From: the human T2T-CHM13v2.0 reference genome, Homo sapiens
DNA length: 64,000 bases
Strand: one strand, 5' to 3'
NCBI RefSeq assembly: GCF_009914755.1
Contig: NC_060935.1
Below, one piece after another: positions 45,576-60,639 of this stretch; position 1 is the first letter of the stretch, and every line of letters begins with the position of its first letter. A program made the translations under genes and the position numbers. The notes under the pieces are model-generated. The model was not told where the DNA came from. It ran no database searches and saw only the letters and a list, made by a program, of their open reading frames with translations.

Positions 45576-46716
45576 TCTTAACTCATCTCCAGTTAACCAA
45601 TTAAACTTTTTGGAAAATACAATTTATCTCTCTCTTCATGGATTCCTCTTTCCCCATTATATCCTTTTTCTCCATCTTTTATCAGGTAGTTAGCACCACT
45701 ATTTTAAACCTTAAAAATATTTTATTCTTATCCAGCTTCCTATTTTTCTTTTTATGCAAAATTCCTCATTCAAGCGGACCTCTGTTCTGACCCTTGTTTA
45801 AAAGGAGGTATTGCTGATTCACTTCATAGTGGATCAAACAATGTAAATATTGCATTGACTAAAATCCGAACATAAGTTTAAAAATCAACTTTCATAGGCT
45901 TTTCGTCCTTCTAAAATAAATACTTTTGATCTTAGTAATCATATGACAATATGGCTATTGAGAAACCAGAGCCAAAAGAAAAAAAAAATCTATCACGTTA
46001 GTTTGTGGAATAAGCCACTGAAGCCTTATTTCTCTTATTCTTTTCCCTTTTCTCACCCCTTCTTTGTCACCCCAGGGGATAAATTATTATTGGCATTCCA
46101 ACTTTTAAATAGTTTTAAATGGCTTTTTCTTGTGGTTCAGATGTGATGTTACATCTGTCACAGCTACTGAAATATATCTCCTTCCTTGCTTTATAATTTA
46201 CCAGCTGGTTAGTGCTAGTAGCAAAAGTTACTTTCCTCCCCAAAGTGCAGCCTTTATAACAGTGGATCATCAATGGCTCTTCTTTGTGACAGATGTTATC
46301 TGACATAATATAAGTGGGAATGCCACAATAAGGCACCATTAGAAAATCTGATAATTAAGTGATATTTTGATGTGTTTCAAGCTTATATTTAAAAATAAAG
46401 TGTAGATAGAAGAATTTCTGAGTTTGATCTATTGCCCAAGTTTGCATATTTTCACAGAATAGGAACAAAACAAAACCTTCCATAATACCTATTGGAAAAC
46501 CATGAACCTTGCAAACTACCATCCACAAGTCATCAAATTTTATTTTTCTTCACCTTTTTTGAGTAACTTAGATTTTCAGGTAAGGTAATTTTATACTTCT
46601 TGTTTCATGTTATAGGACCCCTTGTAATCATCTCTTTCTTGCTATTTATGCAATATATGGCCCATATAACTTTGGATCCGTATAATTTTGTATTGTAGTT
46701 ATCTATTTTTCTAACC

Positions 46717-46749
46717 TTGTTTTGTTTTGTTTGTTTTGTTTTGTTTTTG
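46717..46749 (+). repeat. (TTTTG)n microsatellite
   Basis: Read directly. Confidence 0.9.
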
Positions 46750-49700
46750 CCTTCTAGAGATTGATTTCCTTGAAAATGAGAATTTCAATTGGCTTTTGAC
46801 CATCAGTACCTAATATAAGGACATACTGTGTATACACGCAGTGGATCTTCAAAAATATCTGTTGAGTAAATGCATTATTTTAGGATGTCTCTGATTCTCC
46901 CTTTCCCTTCATGTTTCTCCATTCTTTTTTCTCTTTCTTCTCATCTTGTTCTTCAGTTTTTAAGTGTGCATGGGGTCATAACGGCCTGCTAGATTGTCTG
47001 AGGCCAAATCTTTAGCCCTTTTTTAAGGAGCCTAAAGTCTCCATCCTCAGGATTCCCTGAAGATTCATTACCATTTGCCCCTATCCTTGCACAACAGCTT
47101 AATCATAACATTTCCTTATACTCTAACCAGCACTCCTGGATCTTTAAATAGCTCTATTCCCTTATTTTCCTGCCAGTTCTCCAAAATACAAGCCAGATGA
47201 GGGGGATGGACCAAAGAAGCAAAGCAACACCATGGACATCCCAGCAGAGAAAGCTTCTTGTTTCCCATCACTTTACTGGAGCAAAGATTACTGTCCAAAG
47301 GTAGCTTCTCTATCAGGGGACTAGCTTTTGGGCTTGGGCCCAAGGAACAATCAACAGTGCAAATGTGCATCAGCTGTTACACTTTGCCTTACAGTTTTGC
47401 AGTCTTTCTGTTTGTTCTATATGGCCAGCTGCTTGTCTGCCACTTGGCAGCCTCACACCAACATAGTGTTAACCAGTTTGCTTCCCCCTTATCTGGTTCT
47501 GGAAATTGATCCCCGCATATCTGATTCATTACTTCAAACAAACCTCTGATCAAGAGGCTTGAGAGCCACAGGTGGCCACTTCAGCTGAGAGAAACAAAAG
47601 GCCCTATGTAGACGTTCTCTTTAGAATCAAGAAACAAACCTATTTTTATAGTACTTGCAACTGATATCTTGCATATAGCAAGCATTAATTCATGTTTTAT
47701 CATAATCAGATTTCTCATAGCTCTCACATGAATCTGATACAATGGGATACAACTTTATATTTATTTCCACTTAGGGGAAACCATACTATTTAAGGCATAT
47801 TTTTTTTGTCCCTAGTACTTACCTGAGCCCTGTTTTACCCTCCAGTGAATCCTAATATGATCACCTTCTAAGACAAAGTGGACTTATACTTACTTACTAT
47901 TGAAATTAATTATATTTCTATCACTTGGACATAAATGGAAAAGGAGAGATTTATTATTTATTTATAATTATAAATGAATAGCATTATAATAGAGACTGAA
48001 AGAACCTTTGGGAATGTGGGAGCAAATTAATCTCACTTAGTCTACAGATAAAGGGAGACTTCTTGCCAGGTTGACTTTTAAGCTGAGCCCTGCAGGAATG
48101 AGTAAACATTTAAGGTAAGAGAGAATTGAGACTCAGCAAGGTACATTTAAAGCACTGAAAGAAATTCCAAATGGGTAGTCAGGATAAGGGTGATTTGGGC
48201 GGGAAAAGAGCTTGAAAATCATTTGTGCAATTGTGCTGTTGCTGATCACATGTAAATAGTATGGTAATGACTACATCACAGGTAGACATATACAAAGTTG
48301 TATACTGCTTGTAGAGTCACTGTGAAGAGTTCACAAAAGAAGTTACATGTTTCTCACACCTTGAAGAATTAATAGAAATTACTTTCACAAAATGAATGAC
48401 AGTAAGACATTGCTACAGTAACAAGTGGATGGAAGTATAATGTTGTAGGTATTGTAGACATTGGGTGCATGTTTGTAGGGTGCTGAGTGGTATGTTGAGA
48501 ATGCTAGAGATGAGCTAGGAGAAGTAGGTAGCTGCCAGTTTGTGAACATATTTGTCATGATAAGAAATCTGAATTTTATCCTGTAGTCAATGGGAGGTCT
48601 TGTAAATATTGTTATCTATTCTCATTAGATTCTCTCACTTGTATCCTATAGTCAATTCTGGAAATTTCAAATATGGGGAGCAATTGATATAGCCCTAAAC
48701 TATTTTTTAATTTAGTTGTAAAGACCAACCAAGTAATTTACATTTAAAAAGTCAGATTATGATATTGCAGTACTCCTTGAAATTTCTAATAACATGGATC
48801 ACGAAATTGCTGACCTTCAAAAGACCACATTTGGCGTCATCAAGTAGTCCTGAAATAACTCCTTGCTTCATAGATTTATTGCACAATACATTTTCTTTTG
48901 CTCACACCTTAGAAGATCACTGTTGTTTTGTAGGCAGCTGCCCTTTCTCTTTACAAGGGAAGTAGCATTTTTATCACCTACCAAAGATCATTGTTGAGAA
49001 AATAAGTGTTATCACTCTGTCAATGGCCTATTTTAACTACCTTCCTTGGGCAGTGATCAGAAATGAGCTGAATAAAAAGGAATGAAAGTATTTCAAACAA
49101 ATCTGTTTATAGTACGCAGGAAGCAAGAAAAGTCAGTCTTGATTCTTTACTGGCTTACCATTTACACAGTACCATCTACATATTTACATAGTAGAATAAT
49201 CTACTCTTGAAAAATTCTATAATATTGAAGAGTATATTGCAAATGTCATTTGGTCATTCACCCAGGAACATGAAAACCATTGGTATGATTTAATTTTTTA
49301 ATCTGCAGTATTTATTAGGTATCTTTACAAATCTCATCTCTTAGAGACAGCTATGATAAAAATAGCTCACTCAGAAATAAACGTTCGCCTTTAGAAAACT
49401 TCTTTCCACCTAAGTCCTAGGTGCCTGCACTTGCTTGTTTCTTGGGTCATCATTCAGGTATTACACTTTATCTGTTCCTCCTCAAACAGCCACATTTATA
49501 CCAATCATAAGATTTTACTTACCTGCACCATTTTCCCCAGATTCCTAATTCCTGGGTAAAGAATTAGTATAATAAATGAAAAAATGCTAAGACATGATGT
49601 AATAATTTTAAGCAGTAGTTTTTCATTATTATATTTTGATTTTAGAAAATCAGTTCTTATAGAAGCATCCTGGATGCATTAAACAGTGTGACTAGGGTTG

Positions 49701-50080
49701 CTCTCGTAATAGTTCAGATGAAGTAGTATGAAGGCATTAGGCAGGAGAGGGACAGAAAGAATGTTATAACACACACACACAATCACACTCCATATATATG
49801 TGTGGAATATAGATATGGCATATATAAATATATAATGCATATGTAAATGGAATATATATGCTATGTGTGTATATATACTTATGTAATATATAGAAAGCAC
49901 ATAGAATTTATAGAGATGATTTCTATAGCAAATGAGAAAAAAGAGGAATGGCAAGAATAGGTAAGAACGTGGATGATGGGGGACATTAGGTCAGAAAACA
50001 TGTATAGAAAGAGACACGCATATTTGAGGTAAAGAAATATAATGAATACAGTTATAGGTAAATGAGAATTAAGTGTCCTT

Positions 50081-50345
50081 GGCTCATGCTTGTAATCCCA
50101 GCACTTTGGGAGGCCGAGGGAGAAGGACTGCTTGAGTTCAGGAATTCAAGACCAGCCTCGGCAACTTAGCAAGACATTGTCTCTACTAAAGATCAAAAAA
50201 ATTAGCTAGGTATGATGGCACATGCCTGTAGTTCCAGCTACTCATGAGGCTGAGGTAAGAAGATCACTTGAGCCTAAGGAGATGGAGGCTACAGTGAGCT
50301 ATGATCATGCCACTGCATTCTAGGCTGTGACAGAGTGAAAGCCTA
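50081..50345 (+). mobile_element. AluJ, degenerate with an eroded tail
   Basis: AluJ diagnostics GGACTGCTTGAG and GAGGCTACAGTGAGCTATGATC. Confidence 0.9.
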
Positions 50346-50749
50346 ATTTTTTAAAGAAAGTGTCTGTGGGGATATCTAAGTGGGAACACACAACAGGCAA
50401 GTAAAAATATGTGTTCACAATTCTAGAGAGACAAGAGCTGTTTAAGTAGATTCCATAGCCATTGATATATGAATAAGTAACTGTTAACCCCATGAAAGTG
50501 GATATTACACAGGAAGAGTTCATGGAACATGAATCAAGGACACCTAAGAACAGATGTAAGAGTTCCTCTGCTTAAAGGGAAAACTAGAAGTCAACAAAGG
50601 AGGGATCAGGAAAGTAGGAACAGGCCAGAAACACATTGTAAGAAAAGTCAAGGTGAGAAAATTTCATAGAGAAAGGAAGCATAAGGTCAAATCTTGCAAA
50701 ACTGATAAGAATATAAATATATTCATTGAATTTGTTCATTAGAAATTCA

Positions 50750-51215
50750 TCTCTGGTTTTCTCTGAACCAAATCTTGAGATAAGTACTTGAGTTACAGGT
50801 AGATTATTGGGAGCTGATCCTAGGAAGCCAGATAGAAGGTATGGACAACCACAACAGGCAAAGAAGAGAATTCAATAAAGGTTATGGCTCTGACTCTTTG
50901 GGTCCCTGTGCTGCAGGTAGCCCTCTGAGGAAGCAAATATTAAGCACCTCACAATGGTCTCAACAAAGGGCTGACAGCTGAGGGCTACCACTGCTAGTGG
51001 TTCCAGGTTTCCCCAGGGTCACTAACTCCCAAATACTTGAGAGTGGGGACTGAGCAGCAGCCATAGCTCAGAGAAAGCCCTGATGCAGAAAGCTGAAAGA
51101 TTTGGCAGGCACTGGAGGTGGAATGCCATCAGTGTGCACAGAAGCTATAGTAAAACTAGCTGCAATGTAAGTTAAATGTGGGTGAAGGGTAGGTTGCATG
51201 GATACACAAGGAATG
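50750..51215 (-). mobile_element. LTR33-like ERVL LTR (degenerate)
   Basis: TCTTGAGATAAGTACTTGAGTTACAGGTAGATTATTGGGAGCTGATCCTAGGAAG resembles the antisense LTR33 end. Confidence 0.55.
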
Positions 51216-52243
51216 TCATGGGTTCACTCAGAGAATAGGTTCAGAGACAGAGAGCAAGACTGAGACTTCATTGCCATGAAGTAAGGAAATTAAAATTTTG
51301 GATGGGTGATGATATAGTTGACTAAATTGAGACTGGGCCTGGAGGAACTGGGCATATTCAAAGAATGAATTTCACAACTGATTAGCATTGGAGGGAAGAA
51401 GTAGACCTGTTCATGTGGCGTCACACATACCCATAGATATTTGGGTTATAATGGTTTCCGGAATATAGGCAGTGGAGGAGGAAACATAAATTAGCAGCAG
51501 TAGGAAGATGAGGCTTGGTTGAAATGAATTTTTTGTGAACATGTTTATAGGCATTCATTCATTTATTCAAAAGCATTTTTGAATGTTTACTGCTCAATTC
51601 TGAGCTATGCTTTAAAGTTGCTGTGGTGAATATAACAGGTGTAGTCAGTCCCTCCTTCATGAAGATTGATATCTAGTCTAGGAGAAAAAAATTACTAAAA
51701 CAGCACTCATGATAACTTACTTATTATATGATCACTACCACAAAGGAACAATAGAGTATGCTATGAGAGCAGATAGTCAAAGAACCTCGCCTAGTGAAAA
51801 TAGAGTGAGAGATGAAATAATAATAGATGGAGAATTATCTACCCTGAGGTAGCACCTGTTCTTCCTTTTCAATTTTGCTTTTTTCTCATTAATATTTACC
51901 TTATTAGCATTTATTTTAGTTTGCTTAAACATATCTTCAAGTAAAAATAAGAATAAATTGTAAATAATTTTATTTTGCTCACCACTTGATTGAAAGTCTG
52001 ACGAAGTGTTTTCAAATCAAAACTGTTTTTTCTATGAACTTTATTTCCATTTTTGAATTCAGTTTGGGTAATGAGAATTTAATGCGAAACTGATGCTCAC
52101 TCTATTACTTATCATCTTCATCTATCTTGCCCCTTTCCCCTTCTGCTGTAAATCCTTAGTAGCTTTTCTTTTTCTCATTGTATTCTTAAATTTTAAAATG
52201 ATGGGTTAGAGTGTTTTACTTTACCTTTCTTGGTAGTCTATGT

Positions 52244-52582
<339 letters not shown>

Positions 52583-53145
52583 TGAATTTGTAGGGGTTTT
52601 TTGTTGTTGTTGCTGTTCAACTGTGGAAAATTTCATTAGGAAGTTTTATTGTATCGGTTTCTCTTCTTGATTTTCTCTTTTCTCTCTTTGTGAAATGCCT
52701 CCAGTATGGATGTTAATTCTTCATTAATTCTGTCTCTTCAGAATTCTCTAATGTTTTATGTCATTAGGAGCATTCCTAGATTTTTAATTTTTTTCTTCTT
52801 ACAGCTATTTTTTTGCAATTGATTGAATATTTGATATATTCAAACTGTATGTGTTATAGAGGCAAAGCTTGAAGCATAATAACTATAACCCAAGACCCAA
52901 CTTAAAAAGTAAAATGTTATCGATACTAGTAAAGTTAACTCTGGTTCTCAGCCCACACCTATTATCCCTGTAGAGGTTGAGACTATTATAAACTTTCTTC
53001 TTAATACACCTCTTGCTTTTTTTGTAGTTTTACTAAGTAATTACATATTGCTGAACAATGTATGTTTGGTTGTATATGTTTTAGACTGTATAAAAATAAT
53101 GTATTCATAACATTTTGCAGTACACTTTTTTCAGTTAATAGTTTC

Positions 53146-53445
<300 letters not shown>

Positions 53446-55326
53446 TAAGTTCCGTTCATTTTGCTACATGTGACTATAGTTTGTTTCACTTTGTGCAGGA
53501 AATTCTATCATATGAATGTATAAGACTGTTAGGCAGAGAGTGTCAGCTTAAGTAGAGACTGAAATCAAGTCCAAGCTACTGCTTACAAACTCCAAGTGTC
53601 AGTCCAGTGGAGGGATACCTTTTGTAATCATCGACCCAGGGGGAGAACTCTTCTTGGATTTTGTGCAAAGGTTCCATATAGAGTGAGCAATGAATGAGTT
53701 TTTTCCACAATTGGTTTATTCTGTCAAAGCGTCTTAAACTATTGTTTTTTGGGGCCATTTTTGTTTTGGTTTTGTGTTCTTTTTTATTTTTGATGAATAA
53801 TGCTTTTATGATTTTTTTTGTACCTATTTCCATGTGCAAGTTTTCTTTCTATGTATAAGCCTCTTTACAGAAGAATGGCTGAGTGATAACACATGTAAAC
53901 ATTCAACACTACAAGAAAATACCTAATTAGGTTTACCAATTTATATTTCTATCAACAGTTTGTGAGCATTCCCATAGTTTCATAACTTTGTTGCCTGTGA
54001 TGTTGTCAGAATTTTTAAATTTTGCCAATTACTATTGAATTTGACAGCATTTCTATAAAATAATTGGTCACCTTTTCAATGTTCATGAAAAAATTTATTA
54101 AAATTTTTATTGGAACTCCATTTAATCTATACATCATTTTAGGAAAAATTGATATGTTTTATTTAGTCAACCCAACTAAGGAAATAATTAGTCTGTTTAT
54201 TCTGTTATTCTTTATTGTTATTGCTCTAAAGGTTTAGAATTGTCTTCATAAAGATCTTGCATACTATTTGTTAGATTCATTAATATGTTCTTATTGTTTT
54301 GTTATATTCATTCATATGTATTTTTTGCATTTTATAAAATTATATTCTAATTATTTTGCTCTAATATAAAAATATAATTGACTTTGGGGAAATGACCTTA
54401 TGACCACAAACTTTGCTAAATTCCCTTATTATTAATAATTCTGGATTATTTTTGAAGTTTCTAAGTACATGAAATCTGTGAATAGCTGCCACTCTGATTC
54501 TTTTGGACTTTTAATATATTCGGCTTTAATTTTTGCTTTTTTAAAGTGGTATTTAATACCTGTATAGTACAATGTTAAATGAAAGAAGTGAAATTTGGCC
54601 GTTTTGTTTTGAGCTGCATCTTTAAATAGTTTCTAATTTTTTTTCTGTTCTTGTTTTATTTTGTTTTTTAAGCAATCAGCATTATTTTGCTTTAGAATTC
54701 TTCAGGTACCCTTGACCAGGTCTTTAATGTTGTGTCTGCTTATAAGTATGCTTCGTGTCAACCACTGTTATAAGGCTTTTACCTATATTAATTCTTATAA
54801 GTATTTCAGTAGATCTATGGGTTAACTACTGGTTTGTTAAAAGCTTTTTATTATAATACATGTGGTATGTGGTATTTTATTTAAAGCCTCATGTCATCTC
54901 TTTTGAAAACTGTATCCTTTATTCTTCTTAATCAGTTAATAAATTAGAGTATACTTATAGATTTTTTCAAAAAGTGAAAGCATACTTGCCAATGAGATAG
55001 TTCCAATTGATCCTGAAATATCGTCTTTATATATATTGTTAAATTTTGCTTCCTAATATTCATTATTTACAATTACATTTATGAGAGTGATTGCTCGATA
55101 ATTTTCTTTTCTTTTTTCCTTTTACACAGCTCTTTTTTGGTTTGTATCAAACATATATCATCTTCACAGGGTAAACTGGGGAGTGTCCTTTTTCCCCACC
55201 GAGTTATAGAAAAATTTGGAAAGGATTGGAATTACGTAGTAATTGTTTGCTAGCAGTTTCTAGTGAAAGATCTCAGATTCTGTATACGTGTATATTTGTG
55301 TGTATTTTCAACTATAGCTTCAATTT

Positions 55327-55516
55327 TGTAAGAATTAAAGAAAGGAAAGAAACATGAAAGGTGGCTTGCCAGTTAAGACAGTTTATTTTAGAGAAAACAA
55401 ACATGAGGGGAGCTTCTGGCTGAGTTAGGTTAGAGGCCCACTCTTTTACAGACTAATAGTTTTTAAGGATTTAGGGTGGGAGAGTTTATTAGAGGCTTGG
55501 GCTGCCTCTGTTTTTT

Positions 55517-55549
<33 letters not shown>

Positions 55550-55920
55550 TCTGTGCTAATTTGGGAGGGAGAGTTGTATGTTTCTTTCCTAGATTTTTTT
55601 TTTTTTTCAGCTGAAGGCATACCCCCTAAGTCTGCTTTTAGCTTTTCTATTTTAGTGCACCTGAAGGGAAAAGAATGTCCTTATTAAGGCCGACTGTTTT
55701 ACTTGGGCCCATTGTATGAGGAAGTTTGGCAGTTACCCAAGAGACTTTTCCCCCATCTCCCTCTGTGTTTGAGTTGTCTTATCCGTATTTTACTGTCTGC
55801 CCTTTCTGGATGCTTGTAGTTAGAAGAGAAGTGGTTTCCTTGAAATGCATGAGGCTAGAAAGGGAGCTGGAACTTAAAGTGGTGATGTTTGTCCAAGATG
55901 ACAGTGCTCCTGCTCTGTCA
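55327..55920 (-). mobile_element. Solo ERV1 LTR (LTR6A-like)
   Basis: The minus strand starts TGACAGAGCAGGAGCACTGTCATCTTGGACAAACATCACCACTTTAAGTTCCAGCTCCC and ends ...TTCTTACA, with AATAAA on that strand near 55385. AATTT direct repeat at 55322-55326 and 55921-55925. Confidence 0.8.
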
Positions 55921-56059
55921 AATTTTATGAATAATTATAGGACTACATACTTTCTGTTTCTTCTTGAGTCAGTTCTGTAAATCATATTTTCCTAAGAATT
56001 TGTCTATTTCATGTAAATGTTCAAATGTGCTGACATATGATGGTTTATGATATTATCTC

Positions 56060-56335
56060 TCTCTCTCTTTTCTTTTTTTCCATTCTGTTGCTGGATCTAG
56101 AGTGCAGTGTGGCAATCATAGCTCACTGCAGCCTGGACCTCCTGGGCTCAAGCAATCTTCCCACCTCAGTGGGTGCATGCCACCATGCATGGCAAATTAT
56201 TTTATTTTTTATATTTTGCAGAGACGAGGTCTTGCTCTGTACCCCAGGCTGGTCTCAAACCCCTGGGCTCAAGCAATCCTCCTGCCTCAGTCTCCCAAAG
56301 TGCTGGGACTCCAGGTGTGAGCCACTCAGACTGGC
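56060..56335 (-). mobile_element. AluJ with internal deletions
   Basis: ATCATAGCTCACTGCAGCC, CTGGGCTCAAGCAATC and CCCAAAGTGCTGGGA. Confidence 0.9.
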
Positions 56336-56469
56336 AGTGTTCTCTTTTTAATGGTATTCTTCTTGTATTTTTAATCTTTTTAAATATTTATTTCCCTTTT
56401 TACTTATATGTTGCTTCTCCCTCTTTTTCTTGAACAAACTTGCCAAAGATTTGTATATTTTGTCTTTTT

Positions 56470-56775
56470 TTTTAAATTTTATTATTATTATACTTTAAGT
56501 TTTAGGGTGCATGTGCACAATGTGCAGGTTAGTTACATATGTATACATATGCCATGCTGGTGTGCTGCACCCATTAACTCATCATTTAGCATTAGGTATA
56601 TCTCCTGATGCTATCCCTCCCCCCTCTCCCCACCCCACAACAGTCCCCAGAGTGTGATGTTCCCCTTCCTGTGTCCCTGTGTTCTCATTGTTCAATTTCC
56701 ACCTATGAGTGAGAACATGCGGTGTTTGGTTTTTTGTCCTTGTGATAGTTTACTGGGAATGATGATTTCCAATTT
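56470..56775 (-). mobile_element. Short 5'-truncated young L1PA (L1PA3-like) 3' end
   Basis: TTATACTTTAAGTTTTAGGG...CCCACAACAGTCCCCAGAGTG...GATGATTTCCAATTT. TSD TTTTGTCTTTTT at 56458-56469 and 56776-56787. Confidence 0.93.
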
Positions 56776-57890
56776 TTTTGTCTTTTTATAACATCAACTT
56801 TTCACATTTTTATTCTTCTCAATTGTATGTTTATTTTCCAATCATTTCTATTCTTATACTTTTTTCTTTATATTTTATTTAACATTCCATGCTGATTCTC
56901 TTGATATTTCCTCTGGCAACTTCTCATGGCGCTTATTTCCTTGTGCATTGTTAGTGTGTATATATATGTTTGGGTGTATTTATTTTGAGGTCATATTTAC
57001 TGTGATTCTGTGCCTTCTTGTCCTTTAGGTTTGGGTATAAGAAGCATTCTTTCAGGATAGACAGTTTATTTGCTTCTGTCTAGCATCTGAGGTACTACAT
57101 TAAATTAAAAACCCAGGTCTTTGGTTTTGGAAAGCACATAACTAATGTAAAGCTAGCCTCTAAATTCAATTGCAGACTAGTTAATAGATAAAAATTCAAG
57201 AACCACAACTTGTAGACACAACTAGTAGACACAAGTTCAAAACCACAATTTGGCTTTTTGATCAAGAACCTTAGAGAAGATGAATAATCTTTTTATTTAT
57301 GTCTTTTCTTTTGCACTAGTTCTTTCCTTCTGAGAGGTTGCAGACCTTCCTTAATCATTGTTAATTCCTAGTGGAAGCTAGTCAGTTCTCTACCTGTTAA
57401 AGTGTTATGAAGCTTCAATTACATAGTCTCTGTGAGTGTCCCCAGGGTATATCATGGCTTCACTGCTGACTTTAATCCCTGGATGCTAGCTCTTGTTGTT
57501 TGTTTGGTTTCAGATTATTACTCCTTTTCCCTTTCAAATCACTCATTAGAGCCTTTAAAATATATTTTACTTATTCATCCCTGCCAAGTACTCCTTCATC
57601 CCCATTGACACTACCTTGTTCCCTAGCTTTGTATCTATGCCTTGTTTGGAATATCTGAAAACCTTCTGATCAGTCTCCCTCCTTCCAGTCCAATTCACAC
57701 AGTGCCACCCAAGGACATTACCTTAAAAACACACCCTGTCACTCTCCTTCCTTACAACCTCTGTGGAGAGTACTCTATCCATGGCCTTCTGAAATCTGTT
57801 CCAACCTCTCTCATCAATTTCACCTCCTGCTGTCCTTCCCACATTCCCGCATTTTAGCCACCTCCTGAACTTGGAATTTAAGTTGTGAGC

Positions 57891-58193
<303 letters not shown>

Positions 58194-60639
58194 AAACTTT
58201 TTTACATTATTAGATATTTGAGGGATTTTAGGATATCTAGTTTGTCTTGTTGCTAGAAAAAGAAATAGCAGTCATATGTTTTAATTTCTAAGATTTCTGT
58301 CTTTATGAGTCTTCTTTTTGTTTTTCCAGAAAGCTTTTTCTCGATTCCTCATCATACTGTATTTTTGTACTTTTCTGAGAATAATCACTATAATTTTGTT
58401 TTTACTTCTGTTTTGTCCTTTAAATGATCTTTCATTCCCTCCACCTCGGTTAGTTTTTTGTTGTTGTCCACCTGAGCCTTTTTTCATGCAGTTAGTTTTC
58501 CCAGATGTCTGGTACTCTTTGGTTTTCTTTTTTATACTTATAAATGCAGGACTAGTTAATCAATATAGGTGGCTTGTATGAGCCTGCTCTTTTGGTGTAT
58601 ATACCTCTTTCTTCAAAATGTATTTCTCTGTAAAAGGGAAGAAAGTGTGCTTTGTGCTTGGGCAAATGTATAAATTAGAAGGCTTCATTTTGTGATAATA
58701 TATGAAACAGTCATTTATATTCATGGGTGAGATTTGCTCTCAGAGGCCATCATGTATCCCAGAAACCCTTCACACTGTATTTTGTTTGCTTCAAGAGTTA
58801 TTGGGGAAGCAGCTTATGTAGTCATTTCGTATTAAGTTTTTAATTAGTTACCTTAATATTCACCTTATTTCCTATTGCTGGTCCCCATACCTGCCGTTGC
58901 CAAGCTTGGAATCTTCTTATGGTTCTCTCAGGAAGAGCAGCCCACACATCCGTTGAAGGCTTCTGTATGTTTTCTGGATTAGAGCTTCTTCCAGTCTGCT
59001 TTATGCTTCCATCTTCCAGAAATATGTCAAAATTTCTATCTTCTGATAGCCCTTATTCCATTCTCACACATATAATTTTCTCTGGTTTGTTCCTGTTCTC
59101 TGTCATGTCCATGAGATTTGGGGAAAGAAGGGTGGGATCAATGTAAATGCTCAGTGTACCGTAATGAATTAAGTTCCTGAGGACCTAGTCAATATAATTT
59201 GACTTTTTTAAAATCCTAGCAGTAGTTATCTTAAGGATATAAATTTTAAAAAATGTTTTAATGAGTTTTGAAAGCAGTATAAAACTAAAGTTTGAAATTG
59301 CTACAGAAATTAATTACATAGAATGGTGAAAATGTATAGCATTTTCTTAAAAATAACAAACATCAAAGTGAAATTTATCAGATATATAAATAATCAGAAG
59401 AAAAATATCCATTGCAAGATTAGTGTTTTATCTACTGATCACATTATATTTGTTGTACTGTGCCCTGAAAATTGCTGAAACAAGTTGGCCTTTTTTGAGA
59501 CGTAGAGTTAGTGAATTGAAGCGACTTTTTTTCTATAATGGGATTTGACTTACCTATCTTAAGTGAAAGTTTTTTCCATAAAGAGAATATCAAGTTTCCC
59601 TTACCAGTTAGATTTTTATTTGGGAGGTAGCACAGAATAATTAGGGAGGCCTAGATTTAAATAAATCCCATCTCTGCCACCCAAAAGACTATGCAAATGC
59701 TTTAAGTCTCAGTATCCTCATTTGTAAAATAATAGAGCAGAATTTCGTCTTTATGGGGGATTCGTTTCTACAATACAAATGATAGAAATCAGATACAACT
59801 AGATTTATCCTTGGAAATTTCTTAAATGTCTATTCTATATAGACATACTGTTCTTTCGTAAATCCAACATAACAATTACTTTTCTATATTGAAATGTATC
59901 ACCACTTCTTCATTGGAACCATGGATAAGTAAATTGGTTTATGTTTACAGATGATGTTATCTGAAATATATGTACTTTTGAAGAGTAAATTTAACATGTC
60001 AGATGTTATGAGACGAATAAAAGGAAAAATATATTTAAGTCTGACAAATTATGTTCCTTTTGCGACACATGTTCTTTGAGTGGAATAAGGGCAGATAATT
60101 TTTATGTCTATGTTGTTTTCTTCTTTCTCTCACTGTAATTTTTTTAATTTGCTGAGTAAATGTATTTGATTTTGAATATATTGAAAGTATGTATGATGTT
60201 ACCACACTGTACCTAGTTTATTGTTTTGCTGTTAGGATTAAATAGGCCATGTGATGTGTTTAGAAGTTTTAGGTACTAAGTGATAAATAAATGTTGGTTT
60301 TTCTTATTGGCATCAATATTATTTTTAATTGTTCGCCGAAACAAAATAACAAATATAAATTTACTGGTTTAGACAATTACATTACTTTGCCATTATATAT
60401 TTCAGTATTTCACTTATGAACTTGCATTATCTAAGACTTTCTTCTTAGATATAAGTGCTCGATTTTCATTTTATAGACAAGGGATACTATATTTACAGAT
60501 AATGAAGAAATATCAATTATCCGTTTTCTTACAGAAAGACTACATTTGAATTCATATTCTTAAATCTTACTATTAATATTGGTTAAAAATAGCCACCACA
60601 TTTGATCTACCTACTAATTTGTATGCATACCATTTTGTT

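Noticed and set aside
49770-49910. CA/TA-rich quasi-palindromic stretch
   Set aside because: Low-complexity degenerate microsatellite; its self-complementarity is trivial.
57560-57890. L2-like fragment next to an Alu poly(T), possibly a transduction
   Set aside because: No TSD encloses both pieces, so simple adjacency is sufficient.
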